From: Promethearchaeota archaeon
Lineage (GTDB): Archaea > Asgardarchaeota > Lokiarchaeia > Sigyniarchaeales > SOKP01
Assembly: GCA_008080735.1 (NCBI GenBank)
Contig: SHMW01000012.1
Location: 1-64,000, forward strand
Direction of reading: 5' to 3'
DNA: 64,000 nt
Part shown: one piece after another, positions 1 to 10,381 of the stretch
How positions within the stretch are numbered: position 1 is the stretch's first letter
Layout: each line of letters starts with the position of its first letter
Position numbers and translations under genes: made by a program
The notes under the pieces: model-generated
Database searches by the model: none
Told to the model about the DNA's origin: nothing
What the model saw: only the letters and a program-made list of their open reading frames with translations

Positions 1-406
1 GAGCAGAGTTTACTTGAGGGAAAAAACTGGTCTACTTCTTGATAGGGTTTGCCACGCCATTCAAGCTTAGCTTATATTGTAGGATGGTTTTAAATTGATA
101 CCACGAAAAGTCGAGGGTCAGCGATTTTGAGAGGCCACCATTGAATCGCTGCATGCCCTTTATGTTGAGATCCTCCTAAATGACGGCATCAAATGTGTCT
201 GCAAGCTGAAGGTTGATTTTATGAGTCCAATCACGCTTTTGATTGGCTATCTTCTCATAGAGGCGGGCTAACCGAAGTCGTGCTTTCCCGCGGTTTCGTG
301 AGCCTTTTTTCTTGCGAGAAACCCGTCGATGTAGCTTTTTAAGGGGTGCCTTTGAGGAGCGATAAGACCGAGGGTTCAAAATCTTTTCTTGCCCTAAAGG
401 ACATGA
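1..406 (-). mobile_element. tnpB: Decayed IS200/IS605-family element: internally deleted tnpB pseudogene with a subterminal-type hairpin; runs off the window edge
   Basis: Minus strand reads ..KKLHRRVSRKKKGSRNRGKARLRLARLYEKIANQKRDWTHKI..FDAVI*EDLNIKGM..FSWYQFKTILQYKL / EWRGKPYQEVDQFFPSSKLCS. This is the typical TnpB helix, the RuvC-II EDL motif and the start of the Zn ribbon. In-frame TAG at 176-178; a 5-bp AAGCT duplication near 63-73 shifts the frame. Hairpin TCATGTCC-TTTA-GGGCAAGA at 387-406. Confidence 0.85.
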
Positions 407-502
407 CTTTCTGCGAGAAAAGTGGTAGAATATCTAATATTATCAAACCCAATTGATATAAAAAATTACGCCAGTATCTTTGTAATTTATTTCTTTATAA
501 TA

Positions 503-2209
503 TTAATCATACATTTCTTTTGGGAGAGTGAGCACGCCCGTGAGTGGATTATTAAGCGGGTCCTGGCAATATTGCACTGTGAAATATATCAAATCGTATA
601 GGATATTGGGGTCCTCGCCATTCTTAACCTTATAATCATAGAGAGACAGTTGATATTCTGCTTCTGTTATAGGGGGTTCTGCATAACTCACATTCCCGAA
701 CACACTCTGTAAAAGCGGTTTGAGAAAGGGCGAATAGAGAAATCCCAGCTCTTTAAGTTCATCTTTAAGATAGAAAAACATTCTCTGACATGCTTGCATC
801 ATATATCGTACGGGCTGGTCCTCTGGTCCTAAATATTGTTTTGCAAACTCTGGATCATACTGAGAAAGAAATTCGCGTGTTAAATTTCCTGCGGGTCTGA
901 ATAATGCGATTAATCCTCTCTCGACGGCTCGTTTTCTGTTAGATGCGATAGTTTCGCTGCCCGCATCAGGCACCCATGTTCCTTGTGCCAGAAGTTTTCG
1001 AGCTTTATAACATAGTGTTTCAATCAATAATCCGATTCCAATTCTTCGACAAATAGAAAGCTGTGCATCGCATACTCTTACTTCAATCGTATTCCAATCG
1101 GTAAAAGGAAAGACATCTTGAAATCTTCCATCTTCTAAACTAGCCTTTGCGATAACATTAAGGAAATGTGTTTGAGCGTCTTGATTGGTTGAGGTGAGAT
1201 AAGGAATGAAATGTTTTGGATCATTATTACTCAACATAGATGCATTGAATTTAAGGCGCAGAGAACGCACACAGTTGGGTGCGGTTATCCGATTTTTAAT
1301 AATTTTCACTACATCTGTCGGTTTATTGTTTATAATCGGCGAGTTGGGAGAAAGTGCTATTAAGTGCGGCAGAAAATTCCTGATCATGCAATAGGCTTGT
1401 ATTTTCTCCAGTTCTGACTTAAAGCTGCCTAGATGATGGTGGTCACCCTGCGTTAAACCTCTCTGATATTCCTTTGTAGCTGGATTCACCGCAGAAGCGA
1501 TGATATGAAGATCACTTGGTAATGTAGTTTTTGCTAAGAGGAATAATGTGCTGGACCAATATGCCAATTCTTCAATGTATTCACACGGAGGTGTGACAAG
1601 TTCTAAAATATATGTAATAGCCGTGACATTTCCATCTCGTCCAAACGTATCAATATCTACTGAAGAATCACCAACTTGATATCGAATATCCATTACATAG
1701 CCCTTTTCAATATCTTCTTGCCCCCACGGTCGGGCTAAAACCTTATTCCGTATAAAGTCGGGGACTGGAAGGAAATCACTGCGTCCCTCATATAGGATTT
1801 GATCCATAATTTTTATCGCATCTTTCACAATTTCCTTCATCCGATATACCATCTCATCTCCAGGAGGATAATTTCCATCATCATCGGCGATAATTAGTTC
1901 CATTTCCATCCCATGGGTGTAGGGCAATGGTGTCCAATGTTTTAAATCGTTTAATATTTCTGACCAACTCCGCGAATCTGTAAAAATTTCTCTATAATCA
2001 GATCCCAGAAATAATTTATCTCCAGATCTATCTACATATTCTCCAAATCGGTCTCCTTTATTACCCGGGCTAAAATCGGGGATCTTTCGCTCAGTGGAGC
2101 TACCCATTGGATTACTGGATCCTTTAATTAATTGAGAAAATGTCCCGAAAGGGCTGGCAGCTTCCTCATTATGTTCATCATCTTTTTTCTTTTTCTTTCT
2201 CAAGCCCAT
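503..2209 (-). CDS. Glutamate--cysteine ligase family 2 (GCS2/YbdK-like carboxylate-amine ligase) with an N-terminal extension
   Basis: Motifs HGMEMEL, ELVTPPC, H-rich GDHHHLG, LIALSPNSP, TIEVRVCDAQ. Confidence 0.8.
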   Translation of the reverse strand: MGLRKKKKKDDEHNEEAASPFGTFSQLIKGSSNPMGSSTERKIPDFSPGNKGDRFGEYVDRSGDKLFLGSDYREIFTDSRSWSEILNDLKHWTPLPYTHGMEMELIIADDDGNYPPGDEMVYRMKEIVKDAIKIMDQILYEGRSDFLPVPDFIRNKVLARPWGQEDIEKGYVMDIRYQVGDSSVDIDTFGRDGNVTAITYILELVTPPCEYIEELAYWSSTLFLLAKTTLPSDLHIIASAVNPATKEYQRGLTQGDHHHLGSFKSELEKIQAYCMIRNFLPHLIALSPNSPIINNKPTDVVKIIKNRITAPNCVRSLRLKFNASMLSNNDPKHFIPYLTSTNQDAQTHFLNVIAKASLEDGRFQDVFPFTDWNTIEVRVCDAQLSICRRIGIGLLIETLCYKARKLLAQGTWVPDAGSETIASNRKRAVERGLIALFRPAGNLTREFLSQYDPEFAKQYLGPEDQPVRYMMQACQRMFFYLKDELKELGFLYSPFLKPLLQSVFGNVSYAEPPITEAEYQLSLYDYKVKNGEDPNILYDLIYFTVQYCQDPLNNPLTGVLTLPKEMYD

Positions 2210-2428
2210 TGTTTTCTAATCCCTATAAATTTGCTCGATTATGTAATTAAAAAATAATATGTACAATTGGTGAAATATTGAATTGTGTTATATTAAAGTT
2301 ATAAATACAGATTTATAACTTTAATTACAATTTAAGTGATCGAATCATAGCCCTTTTATACAAGGAGAAATAAACTAAAAAAGGAGGAGATATGAATATA
2401 AAAATCATAACAATTATTTTCTTTTCCT

Positions 2429-4165
2429 TTAGACTAAGAGATTGATGCAATTTGAAAATTCTTCATATTGATTAATAAATTCATAGGAAAAAACCAAATT
2501 GATTGGACGAGTTATCTGTTGGTTGAATATTTTCATAAGATACCCTATTATCTTCCCACCCTCGAATAAGTCTGTATTCAAATTAATGTTTATACTGCTT
2601 AATTCGTTTTGTAGCTTTTCTTTTAGTGGAAGTCCTCGAGATTCTTCAGCCCCTATGATTAAGGTTGGTTTCCCGAGATAGGGGATGAAATCGATATTAT
2701 AGATTTTCATCTGCGTAGCATGAGTTTTACTTGCGATGAGCTTTTTTAATACTTCTGAAAGAATTGTAAGTTCTTCTTGATTAAGACTTTCTTTAGAGGG
2801 AAAAATCACATATCCGATTCGTTTCTCCCCTTGTTGGATAATATCAGAATATAACCGATCTAAAGTGGGAAATAGGCTGAATTCTTGGCTAATCAAAGAA
2901 ACTACAAGACTATCAAAATCAAATTGCCCTGCAAGGATATTATCACTTACATTTCCGCCCATAGCTGCGAATTTTCTAAAATTTTCTCCTTGGTGAGTTG
3001 ATATGTTTACTCGATAACGATAGGAAGCAATTGATTGAGGCTCAATTCTTTCCCGTAGCTCATCAACCATATGGTAAATATCATCAAATAGGTCTTTTGC
3101 CAGTTTTTCTTTCAATTGCTGATCTTCTATTGATAGTATCACCCTATCGGCTTTTTCTGGTGAAAAAATCTCAGCAATACTATATACAACATCTTTCATT
3201 AAATTATAATCCTTGGTCTCTCCGTTTTTAGCCAAATAGAAAAGCTTCATTAATATTGGTTCCGCTTGTTCACTTTGATTGGTATTAAAGAGATTCTGGA
3301 TGATCTGAAATATGCTCCGAACATAAAAATCTCTCTCATCGCGTAATTTTTCTAACACCTGAAGAGCGTCGGATGGTTTCTTCTTCATTAAATCCAATAC
3401 CACAGTTTTCATCAATGTAGTCTTATCGCTAACATCATCAATTAAATCAATTGCATTCACCATACTTTCAAAATCAATGAAAAAGTAGGCACGGATCGCG
3501 TTTCTCAACAGATCTTGCATATTCTGTTCATTGGAATGTTCCCGGATTATGGATAAAGCGTTATCGAAGTCTTGATTATGGATATATGCTTTTACTAATG
3601 ATTCAAGACATTCATTTAATTCATTATGCAAATCAGTGATTTTTATTGCCTCTTCTGGAGATGTCTCTTGTAATTCATCTTCCAACTTGCAAATACCTTT
3701 ATTTAGTTTTTTCATTTCTCCTTTTGATAAATCCAATAAAAATTTATTAGGATCAAAACTTTGTGGTTGCAAACTCGCAGATAAAGTATATTTCTGCCAA
3801 ATTTCATTCAATTTTTTACTAGGTACAGTCTCTCGTACTTTCTGAACCTTTACCGTAAATTGAATTACTTTAAGCCATTCTACTCCGATCGAGATGATAC
3901 CAAATCCATCTGCCTTCGGAGTGATCTCCAGATCAAGAATTATATTCTTATTTGCAGGAATTGAGATAGTATCAGCATCACCATTTTTAACAGTGATATC
4001 TACCCGTTCCCCAGAAATGTTTAATCTTACATTTTGTTCCTTATCGGAATTATTGATAATTCTCAATTTAAGAATATTTTTAATTGAGGGAAGTAATAAA
4101 TGTTGCGGAAATTGTATGGTCTCTACACTAATAACGTTATTATTATACGATTCTGACATAGCCAC
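2429..4165 (-). CDS. Hypothetical protein: beta-sandwich-like N-terminus, helical-repeat middle, alpha/beta C-terminus
   Basis: 578-aa ORF; alternating hydrophobic strands in the first ~105 aa, then amphipathic helical repeats. Confidence 0.6.
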   Translation of the reverse strand: MAMSESYNNNVISVETIQFPQHLLLPSIKNILKLRIINNSDKEQNVRLNISGERVDITVKNGDADTISIPANKNIILDLEITPKADGFGIISIGVEWLKVIQFTVKVQKVRETVPSKKLNEIWQKYTLSASLQPQSFDPNKFLLDLSKGEMKKLNKGICKLEDELQETSPEEAIKITDLHNELNECLESLVKAYIHNQDFDNALSIIREHSNEQNMQDLLRNAIRAYFFIDFESMVNAIDLIDDVSDKTTLMKTVVLDLMKKKPSDALQVLEKLRDERDFYVRSIFQIIQNLFNTNQSEQAEPILMKLFYLAKNGETKDYNLMKDVVYSIAEIFSPEKADRVILSIEDQQLKEKLAKDLFDDIYHMVDELRERIEPQSIASYRYRVNISTHQGENFRKFAAMGGNVSDNILAGQFDFDSLVVSLISQEFSLFPTLDRLYSDIIQQGEKRIGYVIFPSKESLNQEELTILSEVLKKLIASKTHATQMKIYNIDFIPYLGKPTLIIGAEESRGLPLKEKLQNELSSININLNTDLFEGGKIIGYLMKIFNQQITRPINLVFSYEFINQYEEFSNCINLLV

Positions 4166-4312
4166 TTATGAAAGTGAATTTTAGATTTATAGTGTAAAAT
4201 ATAATTTAAGTGTATAAATTTTTATCCTCTATTTAAATATGAAAATATCTTTAATATAAATCAATAAACTGAGATATCATAAAATTTAATGAATTAAGAT
4301 TTATTCCATTTT

Positions 4313-4960
4313 ATGAAACATGTGCAAATATCCGACTTACTCTTGGAATATGAGCGTGTGGAATGGTCCTACAGGGAAAAAGTAAATATATTTGAAAAAT
4401 TGATTGTTCGGAATGTCTGTTACCCTCTTTTGATAGGTATCCCTATATTAATAACTATATTATTTTTGAGTCTTTGTTTTAATTGGGAAATAGTATTTGG
4501 ATTCGCAATCGCATTTGGTCTCTTTTCTGCACTTTTTTTTATTGTCCCTGAAGTATATAATTATATCCAGATAAAAAAAACATTACAACTCTCAAAAATG
4601 GATTTGAGAAATTATAAAAGGGCACTTTATTTAACCAATGAACGGTGGATTCAAAAGTCCTATAAAGTGCTAAATATTGATTTGAAAAACTTTCCAAATC
4701 ATCAATTAACGAGAGATTTCTTTATTTTAAATCATACGGATATCAAGACTATAATAATCTCAACCTACAAAAAAGAGCACACAATATGGGTTTCAGGAAA
4801 GGATCCAGAAAAAACTATTAAATGGGAAAATTATATCACATTTAAATTACCAAGTGGTCAATTTGATGAATTATTTGAGAAGATCAGAAAATATATTTCT
4901 CTAGAAATTCTTGATGATTCAATTGAAAATGTGACCCTGTATATATCTCTCGATAAGTGA
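4313..4960 (+). CDS. Hypothetical membrane protein (2 TM plus soluble C-terminal domain)
   Basis: Two hydrophobic segments at about aa 37-82. Confidence 0.6.
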   Translation: MKHVQISDLLLEYERVEWSYREKVNIFEKLIVRNVCYPLLIGIPILITILFLSLCFNWEIVFGFAIAFGLFSALFFIVPEVYNYIQIKKTLQLSKMDLRNYKRALYLTNERWIQKSYKVLNIDLKNFPNHQLTRDFFILNHTDIKTIIISTYKKEHTIWVSGKDPEKTIKWENYITFKLPSGQFDELFEKIRKYISLEILDDSIENVTLYISLDK

Positions 4961-4991
4961 AAACCAAAAATTAACGGAAAAAAAATAGACC

Positions 4992-5735
4992 TTATTTTCC
5001 TCTACGTCTATTCCTTTCGATAAATTCTTCCAAATCAGAAACAAGTAATTCTGCGGAATATTGAGGCCAGTATTCATTTCGAAATTTGAACTCCGCATAT
5101 GATGCGTCCCATAAACAAAATCCAGAGATACGGGCACCGTCTTCCATCCCTGTTCTCACGATAAAATCTACTTCAGGAAACGAATTGGTATAAAGATAAT
5201 TTTTAAGGGTATTTCTATTAATCTCATCGGGATTGACATTATTTTTAATCATTGTTTTAACCGCATCTACGATTTCTGCTTGTCCATCATACATAATCAA
5301 AATGTTTACAAAATTTTCATTGAAATCCTTGGTAAATTCATGGAGCTCTTCCACCTTTTTTCGCACCTTCTCCGGTAAAAGATGTAATCTTCCGAGTATG
5401 CGGAATTTCACTTGTTCTTTGACTACGATTTCTTCGCTCATTATTGTCTCTATAGCTTTTATGATGATTTTATAGATATATTTGAGTTCCTCTTTGCTGC
5501 GTTTTCGGGCATTTTCTAAAGAAAGCGCATACACCGTAAGGTATTTGATTCCTGCATGAAAAAAGGAATATAAGATATCTTTAAGAGTTTTGTAGCCATT
5601 TAAATGCCCCATTTTAATATCTAAGCCTTGACTTCGTGCCCATCTACGGTTTCCGTCAGGTATGATTCCCACATGCTTAGGCAGCTTGTCCCCGACATCA
5701 TCCTTCAATTTCTTCAGTAATTCAGTACTTTCCAT
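4992..5735 (-). CDS. uppS: cis-prenyltransferase (undecaprenyl/polyprenyl diphosphate synthase)
   Basis: PKHVGIIPDGNRRWAR, YALSLEN, DFIVRTG, RISGF, RNRRRGK C-terminus. Confidence 0.95.
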   Translation of the reverse strand: MESTELLKKLKDDVGDKLPKHVGIIPDGNRRWARSQGLDIKMGHLNGYKTLKDILYSFFHAGIKYLTVYALSLENARKRSKEELKYIYKIIIKAIETIMSEEIVVKEQVKFRILGRLHLLPEKVRKKVEELHEFTKDFNENFVNILIMYDGQAEIVDAVKTMIKNNVNPDEINRNTLKNYLYTNSFPEVDFIVRTGMEDGARISGFCLWDASYAEFKFRNEYWPQYSAELLVSDLEEFIERNRRRGK

Positions 5736-6209
5736 CGCTGTAAAACTTAATATGTTTTTATTAAAAATTTATAATATTATTAATAATAGTAAATAAATGA
5801 ACTTTTGGTTTGATAAAATGGTTGTTTGAATAAAAACTTAGTTAAACAAATTATACATATTTAATATTTTTTTGTCTTTGAAAATGTAGATTAGAGCCTA
5901 TGAAATCTTCTTTTTTAAAGTTTGATATTCTTCATCTGGTACTTCATAGGAATAATAAGATACCTACAATTAAGAATATCAACTGTTAATAATATGTAGA
6001 TTATCTCTTGATCTCTGTTCTCTTTTACTAACTATGACAATATGCTAAGTTAGGAAAACCATCTCAGCAAAAGAGTTAAATATGAAGCTGTGTTTATTAG
6101 ATTAAGTTTTTATTAGAAAATTAATTAATCAATTAAAAATTACATTTATTAATTGGTTGCTATATAGATTTATTCGAAATCATTAGAACAAAAGAGAATT
6201 GAGATTACT

Positions 6210-7838
6210 ATGATTGGAAATGATTATCTTTTTACGGACATTGGAATAGATTCTTTTTCCTTCCATGCTCCTCGGTATTATATCAATTTAGAAGAGCTAG
6301 CGAGAGCGCGAGGCGTTGACCCTGATAAATACAGCAAGGGATTGATGCTGAAAGAAATGCGCTTTCCCGAAGCTGACGAAGATATTATCTCGATAGGTTT
6401 AAAGGCAGCATATAGTGCTTTACTGCGAGGAAATATCAATCCGAAAGAAATTGACGCGATCTTTGTAGGCACTGAAACCATTACATACGCAGTAAAATCT
6501 GTGTCTAATATTTTTGCTGAACTGCTTAATGTGAATCAAAATTGTTTAACTCAAGATATTTATAATGCCTGTGCTGGAGGCACATTGGCAATTCTAAATG
6601 CTATTGCCTTAATCGAGAAGGATGTGATCAATAAAGCGTTAGTAATTAGTGCAGATATTTCAAAATATCCCTTAGGAAGTCCCAGTGAGCCTACACAAGG
6701 TTCTGGGGCGATTGCCTTAATTATCTCTCGAAATCCTAGAATTGCGAGTTTTAGTAAAAAATTTGGGAAAGTCTCAGGAAATGTAAATGATTTCTGGAGA
6801 CCACCAGGTACAGACACTGCGGAAGTCTTCGGCCATTATTCTGTCGATAGCTATTTGAAATTTCAACTGGAAGCATATGACGACTTGATAGACAAGATTG
6901 GAGAATTTTACGCGGATTTTTATGCATTCCATGCCCCATTTTCAAAGCTTCCGCTAAAATGTATGCGGCAGATCATAGAAAAAAGATGGGTTCATAATCT
7001 CAATAATTTACTTAAAGTGAATCGAACACAATTAAAAGATTCACTTTTTCAGAAATTAGATTCATTTTTACAAGATATTAGTGTTTTGCCTGAGTATGTA
7101 TATCTGAATCTAAAAGAGCGGGGTCTATCCTCAAAGAAGTTGGAAAAATTGTCTAATTGGGTCGTTTCTAACGTCAAAGGAAAGATTTTACCGCATCTTT
7201 CAGTACCAATGCATTTTGGAAATATGTACAATGCTGCGGTCTGGGCTCAAATAATGTATATTCTCGAAAATTATGCAAAAGAAAATAATACCATTTATTT
7301 CGGCTCATATGGATCTGGCGCTACATGTATTACAGGGATATTGAAAACCAAATATGGATTTAGAAAGGTGGTGGATCGTGGACCAAAAATTGACGATTTT
7401 CTACAAAATAATAAGGAACATAAAACCATAGAGGAGTACGAAAAACTCAAATCGGGAGAAATCCAACCAGAATTTGTAGTAGGGAAAGTCGTTGAGCATG
7501 AATTAAACGATAATCGAGGTTTTTATCTGAGATTTTGCGATGAGGGTTGTATAATTCCTAATATTGAAGGATTAAATTATTGTCCTCAAGGGCATTCCGG
7601 GTTTCATGAACGATTTTTCCCCTTATATGCAAAATTAGACTCAGATCCTATTAAAACGGATACTTATGATCTCAGTTATCTTAATAAAGGATATGTGCGG
7701 ATTGAGAGTAATGTGAATAAAGAAAACACGTTGGAATATGAAATTCGACGAGTAAAGATGAAAGATGAGGAATTAAGCGCAAAAGGTTTGCTCAACTGGA
7801 GTCCCAAATACATAAAAGCTGGGCGTATTGTGCATTAA
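6210..7838 (+). CDS. mvaS: Hydroxymethylglutaryl-CoA synthase with an internal insertion and a C-terminal DUF35-like extension
   Basis: GTET, NACAGG (catalytic Cys), EPTQGSGA, DFWRP, FHAPF, GNMYNA, GSYGSG; directly upstream of mevalonate kinase. Confidence 0.92.
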   Translation: MIGNDYLFTDIGIDSFSFHAPRYYINLEELARARGVDPDKYSKGLMLKEMRFPEADEDIISIGLKAAYSALLRGNINPKEIDAIFVGTETITYAVKSVSNIFAELLNVNQNCLTQDIYNACAGGTLAILNAIALIEKDVINKALVISADISKYPLGSPSEPTQGSGAIALIISRNPRIASFSKKFGKVSGNVNDFWRPPGTDTAEVFGHYSVDSYLKFQLEAYDDLIDKIGEFYADFYAFHAPFSKLPLKCMRQIIEKRWVHNLNNLLKVNRTQLKDSLFQKLDSFLQDISVLPEYVYLNLKERGLSSKKLEKLSNWVVSNVKGKILPHLSVPMHFGNMYNAAVWAQIMYILENYAKENNTIYFGSYGSGATCITGILKTKYGFRKVVDRGPKIDDFLQNNKEHKTIEEYEKLKSGEIQPEFVVGKVVEHELNDNRGFYLRFCDEGCIIPNIEGLNYCPQGHSGFHERFFPLYAKLDSDPIKTDTYDLSYLNKGYVRIESNVNKENTLEYEIRRVKMKDEELSAKGLLNWSPKYIKAGRIVH

Positions 7839-7891
7839 ATTTTTTTATAACATATTAAAATTTATTTTTAGCTATCTTTTTAATTTAGTAA

Positions 7892-8869
7892 GTGAACATC
7901 TTGAAATCTGTGAAATCAATATCTCCCGGAAAGAGCATTTTATTTGGGGAACACGCGGTTGTGTACGGTTATCCTGCAATCGCGATGGCAGTTTCTATTA
8001 CGTCGAGCGCTATTATTCGGGAATTAAAAGACCCTAATCTAATCATTGATTTAAAGGATAATGATCTAATAATAGAAGTTTCAGACTTAAAGGAGTTAAT
8101 TTCGAATATTCCTTCAAAATATAGTCAGTACGGTAGATGTTTAGAAATCTTCCAAAAACGGTTTGATCTACAGATTGAGAATATCGAGATTATATTGCAG
8201 AGTGAGCTCTTTCCAGGCGCTGGATTAGGTTCCTCGGCATCTCTTTCGGTTGCCCTTGTGTCTGCATTAAATTCTTACTATGAAACGGGGTTGGAAAAAA
8301 ATGGTATCAATGAAATCGCTTATGAACTGGAAAAAATAATTCATGGTACTCCTTCAGGGATCGATAATACCATCACCACGTTTGGAAATGCGATTTATTA
8401 TCAAAAGAGTGAATTCAATTTCATCGATCTTACCAGAGAAATCCCTCTCCTCATCACATATTCTAATATTGAACATAATACAAAAGAAGCAATCGATCGC
8501 ATTCGGAATTTGAAGGAAAAAAATCCCCAAAAAGTCCAAAAGATTTTAAAAAATATAGGTAAAATCACAGAGGAAGCTAAGAAAGAATTGCAAAGAGGAA
8601 ATTACCAAGAAATCGGAGAGCTCATGAACTTAAATCAAAAATATCTGGCAGAATTAAAGGTGTCAAATAAAGCCATTTCTCAAATCGTTGATATCTCCAC
8701 TCAAAATGGAGCCTATGGCTCAAAATTGACCGGAGCGGGGTTGGGCGGATGTGTGATAAGCATCGGGGAGAAGGATATGTTGAAAAATATCGCCGATATA
8801 TTGAAAGATCAAGGATTTCGCAGCTTTTTAGCTGAAAATGATAAAAAGGGTGTAAGAATTGAACAATAG
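7892..8869 (+). CDS. mvk: Mevalonate kinase
   Basis: PGKSILFGEHAVVYG, PGAGLGSSA, HGTPSGIDN, KLTGAGLGGC (GHMP motifs). Confidence 0.95.
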   Translation: MNILKSVKSISPGKSILFGEHAVVYGYPAIAMAVSITSSAIIRELKDPNLIIDLKDNDLIIEVSDLKELISNIPSKYSQYGRCLEIFQKRFDLQIENIEIILQSELFPGAGLGSSASLSVALVSALNSYYETGLEKNGINEIAYELEKIIHGTPSGIDNTITTFGNAIYYQKSEFNFIDLTREIPLLITYSNIEHNTKEAIDRIRNLKEKNPQKVQKILKNIGKITEEAKKELQRGNYQEIGELMNLNQKYLAELKVSNKAISQIVDISTQNGAYGSKLTGAGLGGCVISIGEKDMLKNIADILKDQGFRSFLAENDKKGVRIEQ

Positions 8870-9680
8870 CACGATAGAGCCAGTTATGATAGTAAAATTA
8901 GGGGGCAGCTTAATCACTAATAAGAGTAAACCGTTTTCCCTACGGAAGAAAGTGATTAAAAATGCAATTTCTGAAATCATAGAGAGTAAAAAAAAAATCA
9001 TAATTGTGCATGGGGGAGGATCTTTCGGACATCCCATAGCGAAAAAATATAATATTAATTCTGGGATAGATCCTACAATACCCAACCAAATTTTTGGTCT
9101 GGCTAAAACACATAGTGTAATGACCGAATTGAATAAATATATCATAGATGAGTTAATAAAAAGACAAATTTCGGCAATATCAATCCAACCTTCATCCATT
9201 TTTTTCAATGTTCCCCAAAAAGGAATTATTTTCAACTTCGAGCCTATTAAATTAAGTCTTGAATTAGGTATGATTCCGATTTTATATGGAGATATAATGC
9301 TCAGCAGTAGGAGCAATTTCTCGATTCTTTCTGGCGATACAATAATCCTAAAAATATGCGAAAAGACTGAGGATTTCAACATCTCTAAAGTTGTTTTTAC
9401 GATGGAAACTGACGGACTTTATATAAAGAACCAAGATACTGATGAGATTGAATTAGCCCATGAAATCAATTATCACCAAATAGATGCCATCCAGCTTGCG
9501 AATTTAGGTGGAAAAATTGATATTACTGGAGGGATTAGAATCAAACTAAATAATATAAAGGAAATAATGAAGTTGGGAATCCCAATCCAGCTTATAAATG
9601 GTCTTAGAGAAAATAACATTTACAGTGCCTTAAACAATAAATCAGTAAAAGGCACCTATTTTCAGCCACCTAAATCATAA
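8859..9680 (+). CDS. ipk: Isopentenyl phosphate kinase
   Basis: KLGGSLITNK, VHGGGSFGH (IPK His), SGD, DITGG; overlaps the end of mvk. Confidence 0.93.
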   Translation: MNNSTIEPVMIVKLGGSLITNKSKPFSLRKKVIKNAISEIIESKKKIIIVHGGGSFGHPIAKKYNINSGIDPTIPNQIFGLAKTHSVMTELNKYIIDELIKRQISAISIQPSSIFFNVPQKGIIFNFEPIKLSLELGMIPILYGDIMLSSRSNFSILSGDTIILKICEKTEDFNISKVVFTMETDGLYIKNQDTDEIELAHEINYHQIDAIQLANLGGKIDITGGIRIKLNNIKEIMKLGIPIQLINGLRENNIYSALNNKSVKGTYFQPPKS

Positions 9681-9845
9681 AGAATTTTCATTCTAAACCG
9701 ATTTATAGTAATATTCAAATAGGTAAAATAGATTCCTAGTCTAATAGATCATTTTCTAATTCTAGGATTATATTTTTAAAGATTCTCAACTAATTATCCA
9801 TAGTTAAAAAAATAATTTCAAATCCAATATCATAAGTGATCCAAA

Positions 9846-10358
9846 TTGAGTTTCATAGATTGGGAAAGCTGTGAAGAGAAACCAACTAAATCCCAAAAAG
9901 TCGAAGGCAGATTCTTATTAGATCTTCGCTCCAAAATTAATGATCTAGAAAGACAATTAAGAGAGAAGAGTCTGAATTTTGAAGAAATAAAAAAAGAATT
10001 TGAAAAGGCTGCAGCAAAAGCGAAAGAATTAAAGAGCAAAATCGAGAGCAAGGATGAGAAAATATCATCACTTCTGAATCAACTGGAAGCTAATGATTTG
10101 ACTATTCAAGATCTTGAACAAGAGTTGTCAAATAGTCGTATTCAAATTAGAACTCTTGAGAAGGATTTTAGTTCCAAATTAGATGAGAATATGGATCTTA
10201 AACAGAAGATTTCTAATTTTGAGAAAAAGCTAAATCTCCCCGAAAAGATGGAATACTTAATCAATAGACTGAATAAGATAATGGAGCATAAAGGATTTGT
10301 ATCCGAAAAAGAATTAGAAGATATCGTTAATGGAAAGAAAATCTATGATTTTAGCTGA
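9846..10358 (+). CDS. Coiled-coil protein (paralog of 13973..14776)
   Basis: Head DW..EE.P.KSQKV.GRFLLDLR.K, heptad rod, tail ME.KGF..EKELE.I. Confidence 0.8.
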   Translation: MSFIDWESCEEKPTKSQKVEGRFLLDLRSKINDLERQLREKSLNFEEIKKEFEKAAAKAKELKSKIESKDEKISSLLNQLEANDLTIQDLEQELSNSRIQIRTLEKDFSSKLDENMDLKQKISNFEKKLNLPEKMEYLINRLNKIMEHKGFVSEKELEDIVNGKKIYDFS

Positions 10359-10381
10359 CTGGTTTCTTTTTAACTCATATC

